A program made the translations under genes and the position numbers. 52,879 nt of DNA from an uncultured Gammaproteobacteria bacterium (GTDB taxonomy: Bacteria; Patescibacteriota; Microgenomatia; Daviesbacterales; UBA10151). The DNA is taken from positions 1-52,879 of the forward strand of contig CAYOOO010000008.1 of NCBI GenBank assembly GCA_964405655.1, given 5' to 3'. This document shows positions 8,216 through 18,091 of this stretch, piece by piece; the first letter of the stretch is position 1; every line of letters begins with the position of its first letter. The notes under the pieces are model-generated. The model did not search any database. It was not told where the DNA came from and worked only from the letters and a program-made list of their open reading frames with translations.

Positions 8216-9268
8216 ATGTTGTATACACCAAAAATTCACACTGCAGAGTCTGTGACTTCGGGACACCCAGATAAAGTTTGCGACCAAGTTTCTGATGCAA
8301 TTTTAGATGAATGCTTAAGGCAAGATCCTAAATCCAGGGTGGCAATTGAAACATTCGGATGCCACGGACTATTGGTTATTGGCGGGGAGATCACCACCAG
8401 AGCTGAACTTGACTCAGTTAAAATTGCCCGGGAGGTTTACTCAGGTATTGGCTATAAAGACAATTTGGAAATTTTAACAAGAGTTGTTAAACAATCTCCT
8501 GATATAGCTCAAGGAGTGGATACTGGTGGAGCAGGTGACCAGGGAATAATGTATGGATACGCCACAGATGAAACACCTCAACTTTTACCTAAGGCAATAG
8601 TGCTGGCCCATCAGTTAACCAGAGGTTTACAAGAGCTTCGTGAAAGCGGTGAGGTCCCTTGGTTAAAACCTGATGGAAAATCTCAGGTTACTATTGAAGG
8701 TGAAAAGATTAAAACTATTTTAATTAGCGTCCAACACGATGAAAAAATTAGCCAACCCAAAATTAAAAAAATCCTGACAGATAAATTAATTAAGCTGCTG
8801 GTAGGTAATATTAAAGGGGTTGAGATTTTAGTTAACCCGACCGGAATATTTACAGTCGGCGGCTTTGCAGCCGATACTGGTTTGACTGGTAGAAAAATTA
8901 TTGTAGATACTTACGGTGGAGTGGTTCCTCATGGAGGAGGTGCTTTTTCTGGTAAAGATCCGACCAAGGTTGATCGGTCAGCTGCCTACATGTGCCGGTT
9001 TGTGGCTAAAAATATCGTTGCCAATAAACTTGCCAAAAAATGTTTAGTTTCAGTTGCCTATGCAATTGGCCGGGCTGAACCGCTTATGGTCGAGGTAGTT
9101 GATGAAAATGGCAAAAGCTTGGCATATTTAATTAATAAAAAATTTGATTTTCGGCCAAAGGCAATTATTGAAAGACTGGATTTGAGAAAACCAATTTATA
9201 TGCAAACAGCCTCTTATGGCCATTTCTCCCGCTCAGATTTCTCCTGGGAACAGATTATCAAACTCTAA
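8216..9268 (+). CDS. metK: S-adenosylmethionine synthetase
   Basis: AESVTSGHPDKVCDQ, GAGDQG and GGGAFSGKDPTKVDRS motifs. Confidence 0.98.
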   Translation: MLYTPKIHTAESVTSGHPDKVCDQVSDAILDECLRQDPKSRVAIETFGCHGLLVIGGEITTRAELDSVKIAREVYSGIGYKDNLEILTRVVKQSPDIAQGVDTGGAGDQGIMYGYATDETPQLLPKAIVLAHQLTRGLQELRESGEVPWLKPDGKSQVTIEGEKIKTILISVQHDEKISQPKIKKILTDKLIKLLVGNIKGVEILVNPTGIFTVGGFAADTGLTGRKIIVDTYGGVVPHGGGAFSGKDPTKVDRSAAYMCRFVAKNIVANKLAKKCLVSVAYAIGRAEPLMVEVVDENGKSLAYLINKKFDFRPKAIIERLDLRKPIYMQTASYGHFSRSDFSWEQIIKL

Positions 9269-10144
9269 ATGAAAATCACAGTTATTGGTAAAGGAGTTTT
9301 TGGTAAGGCCCTTGGCTCGCTACTTGAGGAAAATAGTGTCAAATTTTCCTACGTTGATATAGACTTACCGATGAGGGAAGTCTCAGATCTGGTTTTTCTA
9401 ACTGTTCCCACCCAGTTTTTAAGAGTAGCTTTAAAAGAAAATAAAAAATTTTTCAAAAAGGAAACTGTCTTTATCAATTGTTCAAAAGGGATTGAGGAAA
9501 AAACTCATCAACTCCCCTTTCAAATTTTTAAAAAAGAACTGAATTATAAAAATTATTACACTTTAGCTGGTCCATCATTTGCTCAAGAAATTATGGAGAA
9601 AAATCCCACTCTGGTAAGTCTTGGTCACAACAGTAGTAAATATGTTTATCAGATTAAAAAACTTGTTCAGACAAACTACTTCAGGATCAAAGAGACTGAG
9701 GGGTTGGAAGCTTTAGAGTTGGCTGCAGCTTTTAAAAATGTTTATGCAATACTCTGCGGTTATATTGACGGACTGGGATATAAAATTAATACCCGGGCCA
9801 AAATTATCACATTAGCTCTTTGGGAATTTGCCGAGCTTGCCAAGAAAATTGGTTTTAAATACCGCTCTTTGGCAGAACCTGCAATTGCTGGAGATCTAAT
9901 TTTGACCTGTTCATCACAGGAAAGTAGAAACTATAGATTTGGTTTCTATCTTGCTAAGATGTCCTCAAAAGAAGCGCTGGAAAAAGTTGCATCAACTGTC
10001 GAAGGGTTTTATACCAGTAGATCAATTCAGGCAATTTCCAAAAAATACAAAGCTTCACTACCTATTGCCCTGCTGACTCACTACATTATTAATAAAGGTA
10101 ACTCTGCCCTACCCTATTTCCATAAAGTTATCTCAAAAGTATAA
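9269..10144 (+). CDS. gpsA: NAD(P)H-dependent glycerol-3-phosphate dehydrogenase
   Basis: GKGVFG Rossmann motif, SKGIE, AGPSFA, FKNVYAI and GDLILTC...SRN. Confidence 0.9.
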   Translation: MKITVIGKGVFGKALGSLLEENSVKFSYVDIDLPMREVSDLVFLTVPTQFLRVALKENKKFFKKETVFINCSKGIEEKTHQLPFQIFKKELNYKNYYTLAGPSFAQEIMEKNPTLVSLGHNSSKYVYQIKKLVQTNYFRIKETEGLEALELAAAFKNVYAILCGYIDGLGYKINTRAKIITLALWEFAELAKKIGFKYRSLAEPAIAGDLILTCSSQESRNYRFGFYLAKMSSKEALEKVASTVEGFYTSRSIQAISKKYKASLPIALLTHYIINKGNSALPYFHKVISKV

Positions 10145-10189
10145 ACTCTGGACAATTTTGGGAAACTGATATATTCTAAACACGAAAAT

Positions 10190-10678
10190 ATGCCAAGACA
10201 AAAGTCACAACCTAAGGATTCCAAAATTATTACCTTTCCCAGGCTTTATCGTTCAGAAACAGATAGAATATTAGGAGGAGTCTGTGGGGGTTTGGGAGAA
10301 TATTTTAATTTGGATCCAACCTTACTCAGAATTATTTTTGTTTTATTGGCTCTTTTTGGTGGATCAGGAATTTTACTCTACCTAGTACTATGGTTGATTG
10401 TTCCGACCCAATCCAGTAGCAGAATTTTGACTGAGGAAAGTATTAAGGAAAATGTTGAAGATATCAAAAATAGGGCAGAAAAATTTGCCCATGATATTAG
10501 AGTTTCCAGGGAAAAAAGAGGCAATGAAAACAGGATGTGGTTCGGGTTTTTAATATTTTTAGCAGGAGTATTATTTCTTTTGAGTAATTATGGAATATAT
10601 GATATAGGGGAACTGCGCCGCCTCTGGCCCCTGCTGATTATCCTCCTCGGGCTTTTTATCATTATTAGAAAAAGCTAA
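10190..10678 (+). CDS. PspC domain membrane protein with a LiaF-like C-terminal TM region
   Basis: LYRSETDRILGGVCGGLGEYF (PspC) and WPLLIILLG. Confidence 0.85.
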   Translation: MPRQKSQPKDSKIITFPRLYRSETDRILGGVCGGLGEYFNLDPTLLRIIFVLLALFGGSGILLYLVLWLIVPTQSSSRILTEESIKENVEDIKNRAEKFAHDIRVSREKRGNENRMWFGFLIFLAGVLFLLSNYGIYDIGELRRLWPLLIILLGLFIIIRKS

Positions 10679-10698
10679 ATTTAGTTATCTAACAAATA

Positions 10699-10728
10699 CA
10701 GCCCATCAGAATATCTCCCAATGGGCTG
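10699..10728. terminator. Hairpin between convergent genes, possible bidirectional terminator
   Basis: CAGCCCAT-N14-ATGGGCTG. Confidence 0.45.
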
Positions 10729-10749
10729 ATAGGGATTTTTAAAATCTGC

Positions 10750-11163
10750 TTAAGGCCAGACTGCTAAAATTGCCCCAATTGCTACCATCTCTACTAAATG
10801 ATACCCAACATCAATTAAATACAAATTAGTAGGTTTATTGGTAAATAGGTAATGAGGCAAGGTGGTAGTGGCAACCAGACCAAACCAAAGAATAAAACCT
10901 GTTTGAGCGCCTGCTAAAATTGTATCTGCTCCCATTAATTTAACCAAGTTGGCCAAAGCCCAAGACAGGACAAAGGCTGCCACAGCCACTGTTAAATAAA
11001 CTTTGGGCATATCCTCTTTTTTCATATCCTTGAGATTAACACCGGAAAGTTTCATCCAAGGCTTACCAAAACCCGTCATAGAATACCAAAAAGAGCCTAT
11101 GACCATGCTAGCAGCAGTTGAAGCTATCACCGCCAACCAATTAACATCAAACAAACTACTCAC
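10750..11163 (-). CDS. DUF1761 family membrane protein
   Basis: VNWLAV...IGSFWYS...FGKPWMKLSG and IDVGYHLV. Confidence 0.8.
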   Translation of the reverse strand: MSSLFDVNWLAVIASTAASMVIGSFWYSMTGFGKPWMKLSGVNLKDMKKEDMPKVYLTVAVAAFVLSWALANLVKLMGADTILAGAQTGFILWFGLVATTTLPHYLFTNKPTNLYLIDVGYHLVEMVAIGAILAVWP

Positions 11164-11221
11164 CTCCTTTTTTATTATGTTATATAATTAACTCCATCTT
11201 TACAATACAAAACTCTAGGCT

Positions 11222-11944
11222 ATGAACCCTTCTAAAGTTAAGTTAATAGATAAAGAAGAGATTGCTCAAGGGACAATGTCTTTTTACTTTGAAAAGCCTC
11301 AAGAATTTGATTTTAAAGCTGGCCAGTATGTTAATCTTAGACTGATTAATCCTGAAGAAACTGATGAGGAAGGCACCAGAAGATTTTTCTCTCTCGCTTC
11401 AGCTCCTTTTGAGAAAGATTTAATGATTGCCACCAGAATGAGGGATACAGCTTTTAAAAGGATCTTAGGTAAGATGCCTCTAGGTAGGGAGGTTGAGTTG
11501 TTTGGGCCTTCAGGTTCGCTAGTTTTACCTAATGATAGTTCAATACCTGCAGTTTTCTTATCGGGCGGAATTGGTATCACTCCGTTTAGAAGCATGATCC
11601 TTCAATCTACCCATGATAACTCTGCCCAAAAAATTTATCTCTTTTTTTCCAACCGCCGACCTGAGGACAGTGCTTTCTTGGACGAGTTGATCTCTAGCCA
11701 AAACCAAAATCCTAACTTTAAACTAATTGCCACTATGACCCAGATGACTGAGTCTAAACAAGCTTGGAGTGGTGAGACAGGCTTTGTTAATAAAACCATG
11801 CTTGAAAAGTACTTACCAAATTTATTAGAGCCTACTTACTATACTGCTGGGCCACCTCAAATGGTTGAAGCAATGGAGAAACTAATGAAAGAGTCTGGTG
11901 TCCCCGAGGAGAGAATCAAATCAGAAAACTTCACAGGCTACTGA
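11222..11944 (+). CDS. Ferredoxin-NADP reductase-like FAD/NAD(P) oxidoreductase
   Basis: FKAGQY, RFFSLAS, GPSG, GGIGITP and AGPPQMV. Confidence 0.9.
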   Translation: MNPSKVKLIDKEEIAQGTMSFYFEKPQEFDFKAGQYVNLRLINPEETDEEGTRRFFSLASAPFEKDLMIATRMRDTAFKRILGKMPLGREVELFGPSGSLVLPNDSSIPAVFLSGGIGITPFRSMILQSTHDNSAQKIYLFFSNRRPEDSAFLDELISSQNQNPNFKLIATMTQMTESKQAWSGETGFVNKTMLEKYLPNLLEPTYYTAGPPQMVEAMEKLMKESGVPEERIKSENFTGY

Positions 11945-11965
11945 TTTTATCCTATAATATCCTCC

Positions 11966-12544
11966 ATGCAAAAAATAAAAGATATAGTTAAAAGCTTAAA
12001 AGCTGGTGGAGTTGGGGTAATCCCAACTGACACAATTTATGGAATAGTCTGTTCTGTATCCAACAAAACTGCTGTAGAGAGAATCTATCAGTTAAGGAGA
12101 AGATCACCCAATAAACCATCTATTATTTTAATTTCCTCATTAGAAGATCTAAATGAATTTAATATAGTTTTGACAGATCAAACAAAAAGATTTCTTAAGA
12201 AAGTTTGGCCAAATCCAGTAAGTGTTGTTTTACCTTGTTTGAATAAGGAGCTTGAATACTTACACAGAGGCACCAACACCTTAGCTTTTAGAATCCCCAG
12301 TAATAAGTTTTTACAAAAGCTATTGAAATTATCAGGACCATTAATTGCACCAAGCGCTAATTTTGAAGGACAAAAACCGGCTGAAACAATAGAGGAAGCT
12401 TTTAATTATTTTAAAGAGAATTTAGATTTCTATATTAATGGAGGAAAAATCAAAGGTCAACCATCAACAGTAGTCGAAATAAAAGATAACCAGATTCGTG
12501 TCCTCCGCCAAGGTGTAGTCAAAGTTAATCCTTCATTATTGTAG
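11966..12544 (+). CDS. tsaC: L-threonylcarbamoyladenylate synthase (YrdC/TsaC)
   Basis: PTDTIYG, APSAN, PSTVV and LRQG motifs. Confidence 0.9.
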   Translation: MQKIKDIVKSLKAGGVGVIPTDTIYGIVCSVSNKTAVERIYQLRRRSPNKPSIILISSLEDLNEFNIVLTDQTKRFLKKVWPNPVSVVLPCLNKELEYLHRGTNTLAFRIPSNKFLQKLLKLSGPLIAPSANFEGQKPAETIEEAFNYFKENLDFYINGGKIKGQPSTVVEIKDNQIRVLRQGVVKVNPSLL

Positions 12545-12643
12545 ATACAACTAGTCGCTATAGCGATTTATTGTCCCAAATATAAAGTTAGTACTTTTAA
12601 ACCAGTTAATAGCAAATATTTTTGGTAAGAAAAAAACTTGACT

Positions 12644-13042
12644 TTACCTCTTTGGAGATTGTTTTTTAGCTCGGGCTTTGTGAGCCAAACCATATTTTCT
12701 TCTCTCTTTAACTCTTGCGTCTCTGGTCAAAAGCCCAGCAGGTTTTAATAGTACACGGAAGTTTTCCTTATCAATACCAGCTAAAGCTCTAGCAATCCCA
12801 TGAACTGTAGCATCAAGCTGAGAAGCAATTCCTCCTCCTAAAACTTTAACTGTTCCAGTATATTTACCTAAAGTTTTTGTCAGCTCAAAAGGTTTTTGAT
12901 ATTCTTTTTGGAAAATAGGACCTTTAAAATATTCTGAGATTGGTTTGCCGTTAACTGTTAATTGTCCTTGTCCCTCAAACAGCCTAACTCTGGCAATAGC
13001 TTCTTTCCTTCTACCAACTGCGCCATGATAACTGCTATTCAT
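12644..13042 (-). CDS. rpsI: 30S ribosomal protein S9
   Basis: GRRKEAIARV...LTRDARVKERRKYGL...QSPKR. Confidence 0.98.
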   Translation of the reverse strand: MNSSYHGAVGRRKEAIARVRLFEGQGQLTVNGKPISEYFKGPIFQKEYQKPFELTKTLGKYTGTVKVLGGGIASQLDATVHGIARALAGIDKENFRVLLKPAGLLTRDARVKERRKYGLAHKARAKKQSPKR

Positions 13043-13467
13043 TATTTTTCCTCTACTCCCAGTTGTTTCTTAAAAGGATGGTCTGATCCGGCAAAAACAT
13101 GAAGTTTTTTGATCATTTTGACGCCTAATCTATTTTTGGGTAACATTCCCTTGACTGCATGGCGGATAATCTCCTCAGGTCTTCTAACTTGCAACTTTGA
13201 GAAAGTTTCAACTTTTAAACCACCAGGATAACCTGAGTGTCTGACATATTTTTTCTGCTCCATCTTTCTACCAGTGACTTTAATATCTTTGGCATTAGTC
13301 ACTACCACAAAATCACCTGTATCTAAATAAGGAACATATTGAGCTTTCTTTTTACCAGATAGAATAGTCGCAATTTCTGTTGCCACCCGACCTAAGATTT
13401 TTCCTTTAACATCGACTAAATGCCAGTTTCTTTTTATATCTTTAGCTGACAAGACATTGGTACTCAT
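13042..13467 (-). CDS. rplM: 50S ribosomal protein L13
   Basis: [19 protein letters not shown] and HSGYPGGLK. Confidence 0.98.
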   Translation of the reverse strand: MSTNVLSAKDIKRNWHLVDVKGKILGRVATEIATILSGKKKAQYVPYLDTGDFVVVTNAKDIKVTGRKMEQKKYVRHSGYPGGLKVETFSKLQVRRPEEIIRHAVKGMLPKNRLGVKMIKKLHVFAGSDHPFKKQLGVEEK

Positions 13468-13470
13468 AAA

Positions 13471-13944
13471 TTACTTAGTTTCCTTGTTAGCTGTTTTTGG
13501 TTTCGGTTTTTCTGTAGCTGCTGCTTTTCTGGTCCCAGCTTTTGCAGTTGTTTCTTGTGTCTTTATTGATCTGACAGACTTTACTGGGGCTGCCGATTCT
13601 ACTAACAAACTCATCTGGACAACCATGGCTCCATCTCCTTGTCTTCTACCCAGCTTAACAACAGAGGTATAACCCGAGGTGCGGCTTTTTAGTCTGGGTA
13701 AAAGATCTTTAATTAACTTATCAGTTACTTCTTTTTTAGTTAAGAATTGACTGACTAATCTTCGAGTCTGAGGGGATTTGGCCTGATTTACTATCTTATC
13801 AACTAGTCCTTTAATAGCTTTGGCTTTAGGTTCTGTGGTTTTGATTGACTCGGATAAAAAGAGGGATTGCACTAAGTTTTTAAAAAGTGCTTTTCGTTCA
13901 TCTTTATTTCTTCCCAAGTGTTTACCATATACTTTATGTCTCAC
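13471..13944 (-). CDS. rplQ: 50S ribosomal protein L17 with a C-terminal extension
   Basis: MRH...LGR...R.ALF, IKTTEPKAK, GYTSVVKLGRRQGDGA; GTG start. Confidence 0.97.
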   Translation of the reverse strand: MRHKVYGKHLGRNKDERKALFKNLVQSLFLSESIKTTEPKAKAIKGLVDKIVNQAKSPQTRRLVSQFLTKKEVTDKLIKDLLPRLKSRTSGYTSVVKLGRRQGDGAMVVQMSLLVESAAPVKSVRSIKTQETTAKAGTRKAAATEKPKPKTANKETK

Positions 13945-14851
13945 CTAGACTCAGCCCCCTCTCTGCAAGCTTTTCAGATATCAAGTTTAAGGATTTTGCT
14001 CCCAGATTCTTAGCTTTAAGTAAAGTTGAAGGAGCAATATTTATAAGCTTACCAATTGTGTCTATATCGATAGCCTTTAGAGCATTAGTAATTCTAACTG
14101 GTAGATCTAACTCTTCAACTGAAGATTTCATCAAATCATCTGATAAGAAGGAGGGTGTTTGTGTCTCTTCTATCTCTTCTTCCTCAACTGGTTCATAAAC
14201 TTGTTTAAAGTAGTTGGTCAAAATCTCAGCCGCCTTCATAACAGCCTCATAAGGAGTGATTGTTCCATCAGTTGTTACCTCAAGAGTCAACTTATCAAAA
14301 TCAGTTCTTCTACCAACACGGGTTTGATCAACAGTGTAGTTTACTGAAATGACTGGAGTATAGATTGCATCAACCGGAATTAAACCAATCTCTGCGCTTT
14401 TGCGCTCATCTGCTCCAACATAACCCACACCAGTCTCAGCATTCATATCCATTGATAACTTAGCTTTTGGATCAGTCAAAGTAGCAATATGTTGATCTGG
14501 GTTAACGATCTCGCCTAAGCCTCCGGTATCAATATCTCCGGCTTTTACCTCACCTTTACCTGTTTTAGAAAGACTTAGATGAATTGGTTTATCGCCATAG
14601 ATTTTGATTCTAATTTTCTTTAAGTTTAGAATAATTTCAATAACATCCTCAACTGTGCCAGAGATTGTCGAGAATTGATGAGAAACACCAGAAATCTTAA
14701 CTGAAGTAATAGCAGCACCAGTTAGTGAAGTCAGCATACATCGGCGCAAACTATTACCCAATGTGTGACCATAACCTTGTTCCAAAGGCTCAATTACTAT
14801 TTTGGCCAAATTTCCTTTTTCTTCTTCTGTTTTAACTTTAAATCTAAGCAT
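13934..14851 (-). CDS. rpoA: RNA polymerase alpha subunit
   Basis: EPLEQGYGHTLGNSLRR, DFDKLTLEV and alpha-CTD LPVRITNAL. Confidence 0.98.
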   Translation of the reverse strand: MLRFKVKTEEEKGNLAKIVIEPLEQGYGHTLGNSLRRCMLTSLTGAAITSVKISGVSHQFSTISGTVEDVIEIILNLKKIRIKIYGDKPIHLSLSKTGKGEVKAGDIDTGGLGEIVNPDQHIATLTDPKAKLSMDMNAETGVGYVGADERKSAEIGLIPVDAIYTPVISVNYTVDQTRVGRRTDFDKLTLEVTTDGTITPYEAVMKAAEILTNYFKQVYEPVEEEEIEETQTPSFLSDDLMKSSVEELDLPVRITNALKAIDIDTIGKLINIAPSTLLKAKNLGAKSLNLISEKLAERGLSLGET

Positions 14852-14929
14852 ACCGGAGCGACTGCATTATGCCTTGATCCAGTCGCTAGATCGCTTGCAA
14901 ATTGCGAAGCAATTTGACAAGGGCATCAT
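14844..14929 (-). other. Hairpin-rich rpsD-rpoA spacer with two coupled mini-ORFs
   Basis: MMPLSNCFAICKRSSDWIKA* (14929-14867) joined by TAATG to MQSLRYA* (14867-14844). Hairpins TTG(T)CAAATTGC-TTCG-CAATTTGCAA and AGCGACTG-N15-CAGTCGCT. Confidence 0.4.
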
Positions 14930-14936
14930 TATAAAA

Positions 14937-15539
14937 TTACCTGCTGTAGAACTCAACTATTAACTGCTCTTCAACTGCTTGTTCCATTTCCTCCCTATTT
15001 GGAACTCTTAAAACCTTGCCTACTGTGGCTTTCCTGTCAAGCCATTCCGGCAAGGTTTGATTTTCATCCAAACTCTTTTTAACCTGTGTATTATCTACGA
15101 ATTTGGGATCAATTGCAACTATTGAGTTTGCTTTAACCCTAAATGACGCAACATTAACCTTCTTACCATCAACCGTGACATGCCTATGACTAACAAGCTG
15201 TCTGGCTGCTGGCCGAGATTTGGCAAAACCTAACCTGTAAACTACATTATCTAATCTCATCTCCAAAAGTTCAAGCAATCTTTGACCTGTTGCTCCTTTG
15301 GTTTTGGCAGCTTCTTCAAAGGTATTTCTAAACTGTTTCTCTGATAATCCAAACATCCTCTTAGTCTTCTGTTTCTCTCTTAGTTGAAGACCATATTCTG
15401 AGGTTCTGGGTCTAATTTTAGTACCTCTCATTCCAGGTGGAACAGCTCCTTTTCTCTCTAGTGCTTTTACATCCTTAGGAAAAAGGGCAACGCCCTCTCT
15501 TCTGGATAATCTTCTTTTTGGTCCAGTATACCTGCCCAT
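14937..15539 (-). CDS. rpsD: 30S ribosomal protein S4
   Basis: SEYGLQLREKQK and LEMRLDNVVYRLGFA. Confidence 0.98.
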   Translation of the reverse strand: MGRYTGPKRRLSRREGVALFPKDVKALERKGAVPPGMRGTKIRPRTSEYGLQLREKQKTKRMFGLSEKQFRNTFEEAAKTKGATGQRLLELLEMRLDNVVYRLGFAKSRPAARQLVSHRHVTVDGKKVNVASFRVKANSIVAIDPKFVDNTQVKKSLDENQTLPEWLDRKATVGKVLRVPNREEMEQAVEEQLIVEFYSR

Positions 15540-15931
15540 TAAACTCTTCTCCTTTTCTTGGCTCGAGGTCCGTTGTGAGGAATAGGGGTGACATCAGCAA
15601 TCATGGTGATATTCATACCAGCATTCCTTAATGCCCTAATTGAGGCATCCCTACCAGGGCCTGGACCTTTGATAAAAACCTCAACATTTTGGACCCCTAC
15701 TTCTTTACCTATTTTGGCAACTTTTTCAACTGCACTGATGGCTGCAAAAGGGGTGGCTTTTCTGGCTCCCTTAAAACCAGCATTACCTGAAGAACTCCAA
15801 GCTAAAGTTTGACCGTTTTGGTCAGTTAAGCTGACCAAAGTATTATTAAATGTAGCTGTCACATAAAGCCGCGCAGATGTGACATTTTTTGGAGTAGTAG
15901 TTTTTTTCTTAACTATTGTTTTTTTAGCCAT
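15539..15931 (-). CDS. rpsK: 30S ribosomal protein S11
   Basis: ATFNNT, GFKGARKATPFAA and DVTPIPHNG. Confidence 0.98.
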   Translation of the reverse strand: MAKKTIVKKKTTTPKNVTSARLYVTATFNNTLVSLTDQNGQTLAWSSSGNAGFKGARKATPFAAISAVEKVAKIGKEVGVQNVEVFIKGPGPGRDASIRALRNAGMNITMIADVTPIPHNGPRAKKRRRV

Positions 15932-15936
15932 AATCT

Positions 15937-16347
15937 TTATTTAGGTGGAGGTGTAGTAGTACCTCCTGTTTTAGTCACAACTTCCTTCCTAATTGTTCCA
16001 ACTGTTTTTCTCTTACCTTTTCTAGTTCGAGCATTTGAGCGGGTTCTTTGACCTCTAACAGGTAAACCTCTTCTGTGTCTTAGTCCTCGATAGGTATTGA
16101 TATCTTCAAGTCTTCTGATGTTTTGCTGAACCTCTCTTCTTAAGTCACCCTCTATTACCATACCCTCAACTGCTTTTTGCAATCTATTTACCTCATCCTC
16201 GCTTAAATCTTTAACCCTCTTGGCAGGGTCAACCTTGGCTTTTCCAAGGATTTCTACAACATTTGATCTACCTATGCCATAGATATAAGTCAAACTAATA
16301 TCTATTCTTTTTTCATTTGGTAAATCTACACCTGCAATTCTAGCCAT
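15937..16347 (-). CDS. rpsM: 30S ribosomal protein S13
   Basis: [10 protein letters not shown] and [18 protein letters not shown]. Confidence 0.98.
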   Translation of the reverse strand: MARIAGVDLPNEKRIDISLTYIYGIGRSNVVEILGKAKVDPAKRVKDLSEDEVNRLQKAVEGMVIEGDLRREVQQNIRRLEDINTYRGLRHRRGLPVRGQRTRSNARTRKGKRKTVGTIRKEVVTKTGGTTTPPPK

Positions 16348-16354
16348 TTTTATA

Positions 16355-16471
16355 TTATCCCTGACGTTGTTTATGCTTAGGGTCGCGTGGACATATCACA
16401 AACAAAACGCCTTCGCGCCTAACAAACTTACAAAATTTACATCTTAATTTAACTGAAGCCTGTACTTTCAT
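16355..16471 (-). CDS. rpmJ: 50S ribosomal protein L36 (zinc type)
   Basis: Below the ORF-track cutoff. Translated by hand: [38 protein letters not shown]. Confidence 0.97.
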   Translation of the reverse strand: MKVQASVKLRCKFCKFVRREGVLFVICPRDPKHKQRQG

Positions 16472-16480
16472 AAATTAATT

Positions 16481-16500
16481 GATAACTGTTAACAGTTATC
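16481..16500. repeat. 20-bp perfect loopless palindrome over the infA stop codon
   Basis: GATAACTGTT|AACAGTTATC. Confidence 0.9.
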
Positions 16501-16747
16501 TCAACCTAAATGTTATTCTGCCTTTATCCAGATCATATTTTGGACTCATCTCAACCTCAACTCTATCTCCTGCCATCAGCCTAATATAATGCTTTCGCAT
16601 TTTACCTGAAATGTGACATAAAATCACTCTACCGATCAGTTCTGGAACCTCATCTGAACGTTCAATCTCTACCCTAAAAAGGGTATTAGGCAGTACCTCT
16701 ATAACTTTTCCCGATACTTTAATTAGATCTGGAACCATTTTTGACAA
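16496..16747 (-). CDS. infA: Translation initiation factor IF-1
   Basis: [14 protein letters not shown]...[31 protein letters not shown]. Confidence 0.96.
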   Translation of the reverse strand: MSKMVPDLIKVSGKVIEVLPNTLFRVEIERSDEVPELIGRVILCHISGKMRKHYIRLMAGDRVEVEMSPKYDLDKGRITFRLR

Positions 16748-16793
16748 CCTTCAAATTTTATCAGACTTAGCCTCAAAAAACAACCCATAGCAT

Positions 16794-17570
16794 TCATACT
16801 TTTCTCCAATCAGTTATAACCTCAGCTTTATCTTTTCCTACTATCACACTCATCTCAAATAATCCTCCTAAACTACCATCTTTGGTAGTATATGTCCAAC
16901 CATCATCAGATAAGTACACATCAGCATTTTTAGCTGCATAAATTACCTCAATTGCCAAAGTCATTCCCTCCTCGAGTATTAGTCCAACTCCTCTTTGCCC
17001 ATAGCCTGGGATATCCGGTTTCTCATGGAGTGCTTTACCTACTCCATGGCCAATCAGAGTTTTTGAGATGCTATAACCTGCTTTCTCGACTACTGTCTGG
17101 ATAGCATTTGAGATATCCCCAACCGTATTACCCGCAACAGCCTGATTAATTCCAGTCCATAGTGCCTTCTCCCCAACCTTTAAAAATCTAGTTTTCTCCT
17201 TTAGTTGCTCTTTGTCTTTTTCCTGTCCAACTATAATACTCCAGGCTGTATCTGTATGCCAACCCTCAAACAGAGCTCCGACATCTATACTCAAAAGATC
17301 CCCATCCTTAAGCTTGATATCCCTGGGTATTCCATGAACCAGTTCATCGTTAACTGTCAAACAAGTTGCCCATTTGTAGCCTGGTGCACTCAAGAATGAT
17401 AGCTTGGCTCCATTTTTTTTAATCTCAGAGGCTGCAACATCTTCAATCTCAAGCAAACTAACACCCGATTTTGCAGACTTTAGAGCTTTTTTGAGGGCTT
17501 TAGCGCTTATTTGGCCGCTTAGTCTCATCAGTTTAAGCTCTTTTTGACTGCGAGGTTTGACTAAGCTCAT
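16794..17570 (-). CDS. map: Methionine aminopeptidase type I
   Basis: VHGIP, SIDVG, HTDTA, GHGVG and LAIE metal-binding motifs. Confidence 0.96.
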   Translation of the reverse strand: MSLVKPRSQKELKLMRLSGQISAKALKKALKSAKSGVSLLEIEDVAASEIKKNGAKLSFLSAPGYKWATCLTVNDELVHGIPRDIKLKDGDLLSIDVGALFEGWHTDTAWSIIVGQEKDKEQLKEKTRFLKVGEKALWTGINQAVAGNTVGDISNAIQTVVEKAGYSISKTLIGHGVGKALHEKPDIPGYGQRGVGLILEEGMTLAIEVIYAAKNADVYLSDDGWTYTTKDGSLGGLFEMSVIVGKDKAEVITDWRKV

Positions 17571-18091
17571 AGACTCTTTTTTATTTGACGATGAACCTCC
17601 TCAATGCTTTGCTCACCATCTATCTCGATTAATTTATTAATTGAGATATAGTAATTTAAAAGCATAACAATTCTTCTTTTTTGGGCTTTAAATCTAGTTG
17701 CAATAATCCTATCCTTATCATCTAATCTGCCTCGGGAAAGCATCCTTTTAGTTGCCTTCTCTTCTGAAACATTTAAATGAATAACATAGTCAAACTTTGG
17801 ATCAAATAAATGAATTTGAGCCAGAGATCTGGGATATCCATCAATCACAAAACCATACTGACAATCTGGTTGCTTCAGTCTGTCTTTAATAATTTGAGCT
17901 ACTAGCTCATCCTCGACTAAAAAACCTTTTTCAACCTTTTCCTTTATTTTTTTTCCTAAAGGACCATCAGCTGCGATCATCTCTCTTAATATTTGACCAA
18001 AGTTTATAAAACAAATTTTTAAATCTTCGGCTATTTTTTTTGCTTGTGTGGTTTTTCCGCTTCCTGGTAACCCCAAAATAAGGATCTTCAT
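17567..18091 (-). CDS. adk: Adenylate kinase, short-LID type
   Basis: GLPGSGKTTQA, DGYPRS and RGRLDD; located between secY and map. Confidence 0.93.
   Translation of the reverse strand: MKILILGLPGSGKTTQAKKIAEDLKICFINFGQILREMIAADGPLGKKIKEKVEKGFLVEDELVAQIIKDRLKQPDCQYGFVIDGYPRSLAQIHLFDPKFDYVIHLNVSEEKATKRMLSRGRLDDKDRIIATRFKAQKRRIVMLLNYYISINKLIEIDGEQSIEEVHRQIKKSL

Noticed and set aside
8055-8300. 81-aa minus-strand ORF
   Set aside because: It is antisense to the SAM-I riboswitch and the metK start; the GC-rich RNA explains the open frame.
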